A DNA stretch of 32,771 nucleotides from Rhizomicrobium sp. (GCA_049693315.1 JBAVPS010000501.1:1-32771); one strand, 5' to 3'; shown: positions 8,717 to 18,022, counted from the stretch's first letter. Notes: a model not told the origin generated them from the sequence alone. Made by a program: numbers and translations.

Positions 8717-9904
8717 TTACGATGCTTTCTGAGCAGTGAATTTTTCAGCGGCGGCAGAAAGCTTTTCGATCGCTTCATCCACCTCGGGTTCCTTGATAAT
8801 CAGCGGCGGCAAAATGCGGATGACATTTTCGCCCGCGCCCACCACCAGCAAACCCTGTCGGTACAGCTCGGCAATAAAATCGGTGTTGAGCACAGCGGCT
8901 TTCAGCTTCAGCCCCAGCATCAGGCCAGCCCCGCGCACTTCTTCAAACACCGACGGATAGGCCGCCAGAAGACCTGACAGCTTTTGATTAAAATACCCGA
9001 CAATCTGACGGACATGCTCGATAAAGCCGGGCGCCACCATCATATCAAAAGCGGCAATACCCACCGCCATGGCCAGCGGATTACCGCCATAGGTCGAACC
9101 ATGGGTGCCATAGGTCATCCCCTTGGCCGCATCTGCGGTGGCCAGGCACGCCCCAAGCGGGAAGCCACCACCGATTGCCTTGGCAATCGGCATGATATCG
9201 GGCGTGACACCGGCCTGCTGATAGACAAACAGCGAGCCGGTGCGACCCAGACCGCACTGCACTTCGTCGAAAATCAGCAGCAGACCATGCGTATCGCACA
9301 GGCTGCGCAAGCCTTTGAGGAAAGCCGGATCCATGACATGGATGCCACTTTCGCCCTGGATCGGCTCGATCATGATCGCAGCGGTCTCTGGCGTGATGGT
9401 CTTTTCGACCAGAGCCAGATCGCCTGCATCAATGGTATCGAAACCCATGTTGGGGCCAAGCCCTTCCATGTAATGCGCATTACCGCCGGCAAAGGTTGCC
9501 GCCAGGGTACGACCGTGGAAAGCCCCCTTGAAGGTAATGATACGGAAGCGTTCGGCATGGCCGGAAACAAACTGATAGCGCCGCGCCATTTTAAACGCGC
9601 ACTCGCAGGCCTCGACCCCGGAATTGCCGAAAAACATGGTATCGGCAAAGGTGTGATCGATCAGCCGCTGGGCCAGAGCTTCCTGCCCCGCCACGCGATA
9701 CAGATTGGAGCAATGCCAGATTTTACCCGCCTGTTCGGTCAGGGCTGCCACCAGCGTGGGGTTGGCATGACCGAAAGCGTTGACCGCGATACCGGCCCCA
9801 AAGTCGAGATAACGTCGCCCGTCCTCGGCATAAAGGTAAGAACCTTCGCCACGGACAAACGCGAGATCCGCTCTTTTATAGGTCGGTAATACGGACGGGA
9901 ACAC
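8717..9904 (-). CDS. argD: Acetylornithine aminotransferase (class III PLP)
   Basis: YLDFGAGIAVN, FHGRT, EPIQGESG, DEVQCGLGRTG, AKAIGGGFP, HGSTYGGNP. GGAGG SD before the GTG start; ends 3 nt before argF. Confidence 0.95.
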   Translation of the reverse strand: MFPSVLPTYKRADLAFVRGEGSYLYAEDGRRYLDFGAGIAVNAFGHANPTLVAALTEQAGKIWHCSNLYRVAGQEALAQRLIDHTFADTMFFGNSGVEACECAFKMARRYQFVSGHAERFRIITFKGAFHGRTLAATFAGGNAHYMEGLGPNMGFDTIDAGDLALVEKTITPETAAIMIEPIQGESGIHVMDPAFLKGLRSLCDTHGLLLIFDEVQCGLGRTGSLFVYQQAGVTPDIMPIAKAIGGGFPLGACLATADAAKGMTYGTHGSTYGGNPLAMAVGIAAFDMMVAPGFIEHVRQIVGYFNQKLSGLLAAYPSVFEEVRGAGLMLGLKLKAAVLNTDFIAELYRQGLLVVGAGENVIRILPPLIIKEPEVDEAIEKLSAAAEKFTAQKAS

Positions 9905-9938
9905 GGCACAACCTCCAGAAAGGGTTAATGTTAAGCCT

Positions 9939-9947
9939 TGTGGATAA
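9939..9947 (-). promoter_or_regulatory. DnaA box (perfect)
   Basis: TGTGGATAA, the reverse complement of TTATCCACA, in the argD-gcrA intergenic region. Confidence 0.7.
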
Positions 9948-10008
9948 GGCAGGGCGTTTTATCCAATTTCTTGGTCGCACATACAAGTAAAGCTTATCGG
10001 CAATGACT

Positions 10009-10017
10009 TTATCCACA
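10009..10017 (+). promoter_or_regulatory. DnaA box (perfect)
   Basis: TTATCCACA about 205 nt upstream of gcrA, a known DnaA target in Caulobacter. Confidence 0.72.
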
Positions 10018-10223
10018 ACCATCACGGATTTTGACCCCAAAACAGGCTTAAAATCCGCTTTTCAGGGGAAAACCTCTGGTATTTAGCCACTTTCTGTGGA
10101 CGAAGGGCTAGTCATGGCATCACATCCCTTGTGCGCAGCAAAAGGACTGCTACGATATGTAGTGCCCAGAAAGCAGGCCAGAAAGATGGATCGCATGCAG
10201 GGCTTTCCGAGAGGAACTAGCGT

Positions 10224-10685
10224 ATGACACAGGCCAATTGGACCGACGAACGCGTCGAACAACTGAAGTCGCTCTGGAGTGAGGGACTCTCAGCCAGCCA
10301 GATCGCCCGCACCTTAGGCGGTGTTACCCGTAATGCGGTGATCGGCAAGGTGCATCGTCTCGGCTTGGCAGGCCGGGCGGTTCCGGCCCAGACCGAACGT
10401 CCCCGTCTGCCTACCGCGCCGCGCGTTGCGCCCCGCCCCCCTACCCCTGCACCGGTGGTGGAGGAAGCGCCGCTGCCGCTCGACGATGGTAACTTTGCCA
10501 CCGTACTGACCATTACCGATCATATGTGCCGCTGGCCGATCGGCGATCCGTCAGATGGCGAGTTTCATTTTTGTGGCCGCAAGGTCAAAATCGGCTCACC
10601 TTATTGCGAAGCCCACGCCCGCAAGGCGTATCAGCCGCAGCAGCCGCGTCGCGACCGCGACCACGACAAAAAGATGACTGGCTGA
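10224..10685 (+). CDS. gcrA: GcrA cell-cycle regulator
   Basis: WTDERVEQLKSLWSEGLSASQIARTLGGVTRNAVIGKVHRLGL and CRWPIGDP..FHFCG..PYCEAH. GAGGA SD. Confidence 0.96.
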   Translation: MTQANWTDERVEQLKSLWSEGLSASQIARTLGGVTRNAVIGKVHRLGLAGRAVPAQTERPRLPTAPRVAPRPPTPAPVVEEAPLPLDDGNFATVLTITDHMCRWPIGDPSDGEFHFCGRKVKIGSPYCEAHARKAYQPQQPRRDRDHDKKMTG

Positions 10686-10706
10686 TCAGCCACCATCTTA
10701 TTCACG

Positions 10707-10752
10707 AAACAACAGGCGAGCGAAATCCCTTTTCGCCCGCCTGTTGTTTTTT
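10707..10752. terminator. Probable bidirectional terminator between convergent gcrA and tadE-like genes
   Basis: AAACAACAGGCGAGCGAAA-tccct-TTTCGCCCGCCTGTTGTTT (19-bp stem, one mismatch) followed by a T run. Confidence 0.85.
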
Positions 10753-10757
10753 GCGTT

Positions 10758-11375
10758 TTAGGATGCGAGCGAACAGTCGGCGATAACGAAGTTCGTGCTA
10801 CTCGCACTACTACCAACAGCGGTTCCAGAAGACCGTGGGATCGCATAGGCGGTCCAGCGCATAGTGATCGGCCCGGTAAGAAAGTTGGTCAGCGGCGGGG
10901 TATAGGTATAACTCAGCTCGGTCATCACCACGCCAGCGCCCGATGACGGAAATATGGTCAGCGGTAAGGCACTGGTGGCCGGAACCGCCGTGCGGGCAGC
11001 CGTATTACTGGTATATCCACTCCAATACACCCCGGCGGCAGAACAGGAACTGCTGCCACTGGTGCACCGTATACTGGTGACCACCATCTTGATCGCTCCC
11101 GATGTTGGATAGGGATAAATCATCGCTTTAGTGGCACACAGAATATTGCTTAGATCGGTGGCGCCGACACTACTGCGCTGGGCGATCAGATCGGCGGTAG
11201 ATGCCGCCGCATCGGTCACCCGTGTGCGGCAGTCAAAGGCGGTGGCCAGCTCCAGCGTCGCAAAAAACATCAGCAGCAGAATCGGCAGGATCATGGCAAA
11301 TTCAACCGCCACCACACCTTGGTGGGACTGCACAAAACGCCGAAGCGTCAAGGATAAGCGCGGGATCAGGAGCAT
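10758..11375 (-). CDS. TadE/TadG-family pseudopilin-like protein
   Basis: Prepilin motif G|VVAVEFAMILPILLL followed by a TM helix, AASTADLIAQ and ELSYTYTP. Confidence 0.85.
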   Translation of the reverse strand: MLLIPRLSLTLRRFVQSHQGVVAVEFAMILPILLLMFFATLELATAFDCRTRVTDAAASTADLIAQRSSVGATDLSNILCATKAMIYPYPTSGAIKMVVTSIRCTSGSSSCSAAGVYWSGYTSNTAARTAVPATSALPLTIFPSSGAGVVMTELSYTYTPPLTNFLTGPITMRWTAYAIPRSSGTAVGSSASSTNFVIADCSLAS

Positions 11376-11980
11376 TGGCTGGAGGCTCCCGATTTAGGTT
11401 CGTTCTGGAAAACCTCGGTCGCGGTCAGAAGATGCTGACTGGTGCCAGAATTGACCAGAAACCAGGACAACCCCGGCGTCGCCACATCCCAGGCATAGGT
11501 GACGCGCAGCACAATGACCGCGCAAGGTTTCGCAGTGGAATCAAGCGCCGCCATGGTCAGGGACGATCCGGTCACCCCATTATTTGCCAAATCAGACGAT
11601 TTAATTTTGGGAAACAATGTGAAAGCTGTGCTGGTAGCGGCAGTAGAGTCCACCTCATAGACCTGAAGCTTGCTCGAACAGGATGGCAGAACCAGACTGC
11701 CGGCCAGTTTACCCAGACTGCTGTCGGTCTTGCTGCAGATATAATCGACCAGTTTCGGGTTTGCGCTGTAGCTGGTGCTGTTGCCGGTACGGATCACCCG
11801 CGCGGTGGCGACGGTAGCGTTTTTCAGCACGAACTGCGCAAAGAACATGATGCCGACTTCGAATATCGCCAGCAGCAACACCAGAAAAATCGGGACAATA
11901 AAGGCAAACTCGATCGCCACCGCGCCGGAAATGGTCCGGCGTGCCCCCCGCCCTTGCGTGATGTCTGCCTTTGCCCGCAC
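11366..11980 (-). CDS. TadE-family pseudopilin-like protein
   Basis: Prepilin motif G|AVAIEFAFIVPIFL, ARVIRTG and C-terminal VFQNEP. Overlaps the next tadE-like gene by 10 nt. Confidence 0.85.
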   Translation of the reverse strand: MRAKADITQGRGARRTISGAVAIEFAFIVPIFLVLLLAIFEVGIMFFAQFVLKNATVATARVIRTGNSTSYSANPKLVDYICSKTDSSLGKLAGSLVLPSCSSKLQVYEVDSTAATSTAFTLFPKIKSSDLANNGVTGSSLTMAALDSTAKPCAVIVLRVTYAWDVATPGLSWFLVNSGTSQHLLTATEVFQNEPKSGASSQCS

Positions 11981-12066
11981 GTCAGCCCTGTTTCAAAGCC
12001 CCTTGCCCACAACATGCTACGCAATACGGTCGCCGGAAAACAGCCCCGCCAGCCATCACTACAGCA

Positions 12067-12582
12067 TTAACCGCCGCGGCGGCGGGCCAGCAGACCGGCT
12101 ATCAGCCCCGGGTGCCACAACAACACAGTCCCCAGCACCGCCCAGCCTAACGAGAACAGCGCATTGAGGTTAGCCAGCGAGAACAGCCCCAGAAAGCGCC
12201 AAGAGACAATATCACAGCGCACCACCGATGGCGCGGTCAGATCGATTTTACCGGAAAAAACGACACGCGCCCCGGTACAGGATGACGGACCGGGAAAGAT
12301 TTTCCATTCCACGCCGGAATGATAGGCCCCGATCAGCCCCGAGGTGGCAATGAACAACAGCGCCAGCATCGCCAGCGCTGGTAAAAACTTTTTCACCGAC
12401 GGGCTGAAGGTGCTGAGGGCAAACCCGCCCAGACCAAGCACCGCCGCCACAATATGCGGATAACGCTGCCAGAAGCACATTTCGCACGGTGCCACACCGA
12501 ACACGAACTGCATCACCACAGCGCCCAGCACCATGGCAAGGCCATAACCACCGGCCAGAATGACAATCTTATCCGCGTTCAT
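12067..12582 (-). CDS. dsbB: Disulfide bond formation protein B family
   Basis: PCEMCFWQRYPH (CxxC), YHSGVEW..GPSSC..VRCD, four TM segments. Confidence 0.88.
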   Translation of the reverse strand: MNADKIVILAGGYGLAMVLGAVVMQFVFGVAPCEMCFWQRYPHIVAAVLGLGGFALSTFSPSVKKFLPALAMLALLFIATSGLIGAYHSGVEWKIFPGPSSCTGARVVFSGKIDLTAPSVVRCDIVSWRFLGLFSLANLNALFSLGWAVLGTVLLWHPGLIAGLLARRRGG

Positions 12583-12817
12583 CGTGATACCCTTAAGCTT
12601 CTTGCTGTCGTGACAAAATCATCGGCAATAGCGCGCCAAATTGCAAGCCGCCCGCACGCCCCGCCCCAGCGCCGCAATATCATGCGGTCTTTGTATTTGA
12701 CTTAAGCGAAGGTGAAAGAGAAAAAGGGGCGAATTTGATTCTGTTCATGTTTCCTGATCTTCGTGCCGTGTCGCCGCGGATTGCAAGACGAACAGATAGT
12801 GCACCAAAGACGGTTTT

Positions 12818-13561
12818 ATGCCTAAGATGAGTTCGCCCGCGTTCAAGGGGCGTATTGCAGTCCATCGAGAGCTTTTAAAAATTGAAGGCAATGCCGTCGA
12901 GATGAAGGTGAGACTGAATCCTCGCGCAAAACGTTTGATCATAAAAGTTCACCCGGCGAGCGGTGAAGTCAGCGTGGTGGCGCCATCACGCCGTGCCATG
13001 AATGGCGCGGTCGAATTCGCCCATGATCAGCGTGATTGGATTGCCCAGCAATTGGCGGTGCTTCCTAAGCGGGTCCCGCTGGCGGTGGGGGCGCAAGTCC
13101 CCTTGCGCGGCACCCCACATCGCATTGTGGCATCTGACAATACGCGCAGCGCGGTGATTGTGGATGAAGCCTTGGGCGAAATCCGCGTTGGTGGCGCCCC
13201 GGAACATACGCCGCGCCGCATTGTCGATTTTCTCAAGAAAACCGCCCGGCAGGACTTTGAAACCAGCGTTTGCCGGTTTGCCGCCATGCTTGATGTCCAC
13301 CCCAGGCGCATTTCCATGCATGATACACGCAGCCGCTGGGGTTCGTGCTCGACCACGCGCAGCCTGTCGTTTTCCTGGCGGCTGATCCTGGCACCGACTT
13401 TCGTGCTGACCTATGTCGCCGCCCACGAGGTGGCACATTTGCGCGAAATGAATCACAGCCCACGCTTCTGGGCGCTGGTGCGCCAGATGGTCGGCGATGT
13501 CGACACCCCGCAGGAATGGCTGCGCCAGCACGGTATGGAACTGCACCGTTACGCGGTATAA
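12818..13561 (+). CDS. YgjP/DUF45 (M48/SprT-like) zinc metallohydrolase
   Basis: RSRWGSCS, FSWRLILAP, YVAAHEVAHLREMNHSPRFW (HExxH). Confidence 0.88.
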   Translation: MPKMSSPAFKGRIAVHRELLKIEGNAVEMKVRLNPRAKRLIIKVHPASGEVSVVAPSRRAMNGAVEFAHDQRDWIAQQLAVLPKRVPLAVGAQVPLRGTPHRIVASDNTRSAVIVDEALGEIRVGGAPEHTPRRIVDFLKKTARQDFETSVCRFAAMLDVHPRRISMHDTRSRWGSCSTTRSLSFSWRLILAPTFVLTYVAAHEVAHLREMNHSPRFWALVRQMVGDVDTPQEWLRQHGMELHRYAV

Positions 13562-13576
13562 AGCGAAAATCGGCTG

Positions 13577-14167
13577 CTAAACCGACAGTGGCCCCGCCTG
13601 AGCAAAGGGGGCCTGCGTTGCCTCAACATTATCGACGAAGGTCGCCGCCAGAATATAGCGCACGTCACCGCTGTCATCCGTCAGCGGCGCAGCAAACAAT
13701 TCCCCGCGTAAAAAAGAGATCATCTCGACGCGAAAGGTGTTGATCAGCTGCAGGGGGCTGCGCGTTGCCAGCACCATATCGTAAAATGCCAGCCAGCCCG
13801 GAAACGCCGAAGGCAGCACCATTTCTTCCAGCAGATGGCCGGTATGTTCGCCAAACACCATGGCCAGCGCCGAACCGAACAGACGGAAGCGATAGCTGTG
13901 GCCGTTCGGGGTTTCGACCTTTTCCAGAATAGTGACATGGCGCATGAAGGGCTTCAGCGTCCGCATATCGAGTGCAGCCCGCGACGGCACGCCATTCTTG
14001 GCTTTTTCGTGCCACACCGCATGAAGCTCGTTCAGCTTGCGTTCACCGAAATGACACGCAGCATCACACCGCATCGGCCAGCCCGCAGACTCAGCTTCGG
14101 CGTTGAACAACAAACAGAACTGTTGCGCTTCACTACCACACATAAGAAGGCAATCTACCCGAAACAC
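13577..14167 (-). CDS. Stand-alone PAS-domain protein (PAS_5-like)
   Basis: WHEKAKNGVPSRAALD..YRFRLFGS..GEHTG..APLTDD pattern. Start uncertain (may be further downstream). Confidence 0.7.
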   Translation of the reverse strand: MFRVDCLLMCGSEAQQFCLLFNAEAESAGWPMRCDAACHFGERKLNELHAVWHEKAKNGVPSRAALDMRTLKPFMRHVTILEKVETPNGHSYRFRLFGSALAMVFGEHTGHLLEEMVLPSAFPGWLAFYDMVLATRSPLQLINTFRVEMISFLRGELFAAPLTDDSGDVRYILAATFVDNVEATQAPFAQAGPLSV

Positions 14168-14377
14168 CGTAACGAAACGCTAAAGGGTATGATTAACAGA
14201 AGGTTAGCAACTCGCCTAGAAATGAAAGCTTGTGGCGCAAACCCTGTCTACATCTGACACAACCATCAAACCCAATCACAACCGCTACGGAAAAAGATAA
14301 CAATTTCGCTCAAACTTTGTCCATTTACGGGCCAATTCGTCAACATACCGTTAACAATGACACCCGATCATCTTCAC

Positions 14378-14406
14378 TTGCTAAATGACCAGTCATTTAT
14401 TAAAGT
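14378..14406 (+). promoter_or_regulatory. Sigma70-type promoter with an overlapping palindromic operator for the TetR gene
   Basis: TTGCTA-N17-TAAAGT, with a perfect inverted repeat TAAATGAC-CA-GTCATTTA (14382-14399) overlapping the -35 and filling the spacer. Confidence 0.7.
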
Positions 14407-14412
14407 GACGAT

Positions 14413-15075
14413 ATGAACGGACCAGACCTTGCCAAAACCAAACCCAAAAGCTGGAGCCGCCGCAAACGCGCCCGCCCCGGTGAAATCGTTGCGGCCGCCT
14501 TAAGCGTCTTTGCCGAAAAGGGCTTTGCCGCCACCCGGATGGAAGACATTGCGGTCCGCGCCGGTGTTACCAAGGGTACGATCTACCTCTATTTTTCCAG
14601 CAAGGACGAACTGTTCAAATCGCTGGCCCGCGAAACCGTGGATAAGGCATTAGCCGATGCCACCCTGGACATGGCCAGCTTTGCCGACAGCCCACGTCAC
14701 AGCCTGGTCCGGGCATTGGGGGCCATCGCAGCCTTTCTGCATAACGATGAACATGCCGCTCTGCCCAAAATCATCATCGCTGAGAGCGGCAATTTCCCCG
14801 AACTGGCCGATTTCTGGCGCATCGAAGTAATTGAGAAGGTCATGGCGGTGCTGGGCGTGGTCTATGACAAGGGCGTCGCCCAAGGCCAGTTCCGCCCCCT
14901 GCCACGGGATATGGTAGTCCGGCTTTGCGTCGCCCCGATTATTCTTGGCGTCATCTGGCGCACGACATTTTTTGATCCGCACGACCCGATCGACACCAGC
15001 AAGCTGTTCGAAACCCATATTGACATTCTGCTGAGCGGACTTTTAACGCCGGAGGCCCTTCATGCACCGCGCTGA
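14413..15075 (+). CDS. TetR/AcrR-family transcriptional regulator
   Basis: HTH IVAAALSVFAEKGFAATRMEDIAVRAGVTKGTIYLYFSSKDELF. Confidence 0.93.
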   Translation: MNGPDLAKTKPKSWSRRKRARPGEIVAAALSVFAEKGFAATRMEDIAVRAGVTKGTIYLYFSSKDELFKSLARETVDKALADATLDMASFADSPRHSLVRALGAIAAFLHNDEHAALPKIIIAESGNFPELADFWRIEVIEKVMAVLGVVYDKGVAQGQFRPLPRDMVVRLCVAPIILGVIWRTTFFDPHDPIDTSKLFETHIDILLSGLLTPEALHAPR

Positions 15076-15916
15076 CACACGCCGTTTTCTTGCCCTTGGC
15101 CTGATCTGTGCCAGCTTGGCCAGCTTAAGCCTGACCAGCTGCAGCCCCGATACCAGCGCCCCATGGCTTGGATATGCCGAGGCGGACTATATCTATGTCG
15201 CCGCACCGTCGGCAGGCTGGATCACCAGCCTTGCGGTCGAGCGCGGGGCCACGGTAGCCCACGGCCAGACGCTGTTCACTTTGGATGCCGACAGCCAGAC
15301 CGCCACCCGCAACGAAGCCGCCGCGACCATCGCACAGGCCGAGCAGCAGCGAAAATCCGCTCGCGCCAGCCTGGAACTGGCGGAAAAACAGCTTGCACGC
15401 CAAAAGGCACTGCTGGCCAGCGGCGGGACCACCAAACAGGCCTATGACGAGGCCCGGCAAGTCCGCGACAGCGCCGCCGCAGCCCTGCAGCAATATTCGG
15501 CGATGGCCAGCCAGTATCGGGCCAGTCTGGCCGGGGCGTCATATCAGCTGTCGCAACGTCAGATCTCCAGCCGTGTAGCCGGTCGGGTCGAGGACATCTA
15601 TTTCCGCCCCGGCGAATATACCAGCGCCGCCGCACCGGTGATTGTCGTGTTGCCGCCCGATCATGTCTTTGTCCGCTTTTTTGTGCCGGAAAAGCAGTTC
15701 GCCAAGTTGCATCAGGGTCAGAAGGTGGCCATTTCCTGCGATGGCTGCGGCACGGCCATCGCCACCGTAACCTTTGTCGCCAGCAGCTATGAATATGCCC
15801 CGCCGGTGGTGTTCACGGTCAAAAGCCGTGACAAGCTGGTGTACAAGGCCGAAGCGCGCGCCCCCGGCGGCCTCAAACTGCACCCCGGTCAGCCGGTTGA
15901 TGTGCACCCGCTGTGA
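15062..15916 (+). CDS. HlyD-family periplasmic adaptor (YbhG-like), probable lipoprotein
   Basis: Lipobox LTSC, GYAEAD, lipoyl halves (AAPSAGWI..; SRVAGRV..GE), coiled coil, VRFFVPE, LHPGQPV. Confidence 0.88.
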   Translation: MHRADTRRFLALGLICASLASLSLTSCSPDTSAPWLGYAEADYIYVAAPSAGWITSLAVERGATVAHGQTLFTLDADSQTATRNEAAATIAQAEQQRKSARASLELAEKQLARQKALLASGGTTKQAYDEARQVRDSAAAALQQYSAMASQYRASLAGASYQLSQRQISSRVAGRVEDIYFRPGEYTSAAAPVIVVLPPDHVFVRFFVPEKQFAKLHQGQKVAISCDGCGTAIATVTFVASSYEYAPPVVFTVKSRDKLVYKAEARAPGGLKLHPGQPVDVHPL

Positions 15917-15917
15917 G

Positions 15918-16850
15918 ATGACCCCGATGCCCGAATACGCCATAAACGTACACGGACTAACCAAGCGATTCGGTGCCAAAACCGCCGTTAATGCGGTGGA
16001 TATTGCGATCCCTGTGGGCGAGGTCTGGGGCTTTCTTGGCCCCAACGGTTCGGGCAAAACCACCACCATGCGGCTGTTGTGCGGACTTTTGAAAGCCGAT
16101 GAAGGCAGCGGCACCTGCCTGGGCTTTGACTTTCGCACCGAAGCGGACGCAATCAAGCGCCAGACCGGCTACATGACCCAGAAATTCAGCTTCTGGGAAG
16201 ACCTCACCATCCGTGAAAATCTTGATTTCGTGGCCGAGCTGTACCGACTGCCCACCCGTAAAATTCTGGTCGAACAAACACTGGAGCAACTTGGTTTAAG
16301 CCAGCGCCAGAAGCAGCTGGCCGGTGAACTATCCGGAGGCTGGAAACAAAGGCTGGCGCTGGCTGCCTGCATGCTGCACGCGCCCAAGCTGTTATTGCTT
16401 GATGAACCCACCGCCGGGGTCGATCCCAAAGCACGGCGCGATTTCTGGGACGAAATCCACCGCCTGTCGGCAGCAGGCATTACCGTGCTGGTTTCAACCC
16501 ATTATATGGACGAAGCCGAACGCTGCGACCGCATTGTGTACATCAATGTCGGTCATCTGATTGCACAAGGTACTGTGGGGGAAATCATCGCCCGCTCGGG
16601 CCTTTTCACCTACACCGTCGCCGGACCCGGGGCCCGTGCGCTGGCTGCGGATCTGCGCGACGCCCCCGGCGTGCCCTTTGTCGCCTTTTTCGGGGCCGAG
16701 CTGCATGTCAGCGGCTATGACCGCGCACTATTGCAGGCCGCGTTACAGCCCGCCCGCCAAAATCCGGCACTGACCGTGCGTGAAGCGGCCCCCAGTCTTG
16801 AGGATGTTTTTATCCAGCTACAGCAGAACCGCAAAGGCGATGCGCCATGA
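15918..16850 (+). CDS. ABC transporter ATP-binding protein (YbhF-like)
   Basis: Walker A GPNGSGKT, signature LSGGWKQR, Walker B LLLLDEP, H-loop STH. Start ATG 15918 or 15927. Confidence 0.92.
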   Translation: MTPMPEYAINVHGLTKRFGAKTAVNAVDIAIPVGEVWGFLGPNGSGKTTTMRLLCGLLKADEGSGTCLGFDFRTEADAIKRQTGYMTQKFSFWEDLTIRENLDFVAELYRLPTRKILVEQTLEQLGLSQRQKQLAGELSGGWKQRLALAACMLHAPKLLLLDEPTAGVDPKARRDFWDEIHRLSAAGITVLVSTHYMDEAERCDRIVYINVGHLIAQGTVGEIIARSGLFTYTVAGPGARALAADLRDAPGVPFVAFFGAELHVSGYDRALLQAALQPARQNPALTVREAAPSLEDVFIQLQQNRKGDAP

Positions 16851-18022
16851 CAGGGTGGGACTACAGCAAAGTGTCTTTCCGCCGGTTCTCTGATCGTTTT
16901 TCAGCGCACCGCATCAATGCGCTGATCAAAAAAGAACTGCTGCAGATGCGCCGCGATCGCTTAACGCTGGGGCTTCTGATCGGTATTCCGCTGATGCAGC
17001 TGATGATCTTCGGCTATGCCATCAACATGGTGCCCAAGCATCTTACCACCGTGGTGACTGTGGCCGATAGTGGTCCGCTGCCCAACGCCATTGTGGCGGC
17101 GTTAAAAAATTCCGGCTATTTCGACATCATCGCCGCCACCCACTCGCCCGACCGTGCCCGCAAGATGCTGACCGAAGGCAGTGCCACCTTCGCGGTTGAA
17201 ATTCCGGCGGGCTTCACCCACGATCTGATCCATGGCGACAAACCGCAGGTACGGGTGGAAGCCGATGCCACCGACCCGGCAGCAGGCTCTTACGCCATCG
17301 CGGCACTTACCGGCATCGTCAATTCGGCCTTGCGCGATGATTTGGTTGGTCCTTTACAAAAATATGCCGCCACCACGCCCGCCTACAGCGTCACGGTGCA
17401 CCAGCTTTACAACCCGGAAAACATCACCCAGTACAATATCGTACCGGGACTGCTGGGAATCATCCTGACACTGACGATGGTGCTGTCGACCTCGGCGGCG
17501 CTGACGCGTGAACGCGAACGCGGCACCTATGAAAATCTCCTCGCCATGCCATCTCACCCGATCGAGATCATGATCGGCAAGATCGTGCCCAACATCTTTG
17601 TCGGGGCTTTTCAGGGTCTGCTGATCCTGATTCTGGCCTGGGGACTGTTTCATGTCCCGATGCAAGGCTCGCTCAGCCTGCTGGCGCTGGTGTCGATCCT
17701 GTTTATCGCGGCACTGCTGGCGGTGGGCTACACCTTCTCGACCGTAGCCCGGAACCAGTTGCAGGCGATGCAGATGACGTTTTTCTTCTTCCTGCCCTCG
17801 GTCATGCTGTCCGGTTTCATCTTTCCGTTCCACGGCATGCCGGACTGGGCACAAGCCATCGGCGAAGTTCTGCCCATCACCCATTTCTTACGCATCGTGC
17901 GGGGGATTCTGTTAAAAGGGGCTGGCTGGGCCGAAATCTGGCCCGATATCTGGCCAATGCTGCTGTTTACCGCTGCGGCTATGACCTTGGCGATCAAGCG
18001 TTTTCGCCTGACTTTGGATTAA
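16847..18022 (+). CDS. ABC-2 type permease (YbhR/YbhS-like)
   Basis: IKKELLQMRRD, IFGYAIN, RERERGTYENLL, LSGFIFP. ATGA overlap with the ATPase. Confidence 0.92.
   Translation: MTGWDYSKVSFRRFSDRFSAHRINALIKKELLQMRRDRLTLGLLIGIPLMQLMIFGYAINMVPKHLTTVVTVADSGPLPNAIVAALKNSGYFDIIAATHSPDRARKMLTEGSATFAVEIPAGFTHDLIHGDKPQVRVEADATDPAAGSYAIAALTGIVNSALRDDLVGPLQKYAATTPAYSVTVHQLYNPENITQYNIVPGLLGIILTLTMVLSTSAALTRERERGTYENLLAMPSHPIEIMIGKIVPNIFVGAFQGLLILILAWGLFHVPMQGSLSLLALVSILFIAALLAVGYTFSTVARNQLQAMQMTFFFFLPSVMLSGFIFPFHGMPDWAQAIGEVLPITHFLRIVRGILLKGAGWAEIWPDIWPMLLFTAAAMTLAIKRFRLTLD

Noticed and set aside
7208..9889. Long plus-strand ORFs 7208-8479 and 8984-9889
   Set aside because: They are antisense shadows of argF, argD and the sulfotransferase-fold gene in GC-rich DNA, with no recognisable motifs.
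9905..10223. Chromosomal origin of replication
   Set aside because: Only two perfect DnaA boxes, no evident unwinding element or typical oriC neighbours, and DnaA control of gcrA is a sufficient explanation.
11201..12070. 289-aa plus-strand ORF
   Set aside because: Antisense to the two tadE-like genes, which carry clear prepilin motifs.
12625..12638. Sigma54 promoter upstream of dsbB (TGGCGCGCTATTGC on the minus strand)
   Set aside because: The GG-to-GC spacing is one base short of the strict -24/-12 requirement.
15774..15917. Long N-terminal extension of the ABC ATPase
   Set aside because: It overlaps the HlyD C-terminus. The ATG right after the HlyD stop gives a normal-length ATPase.
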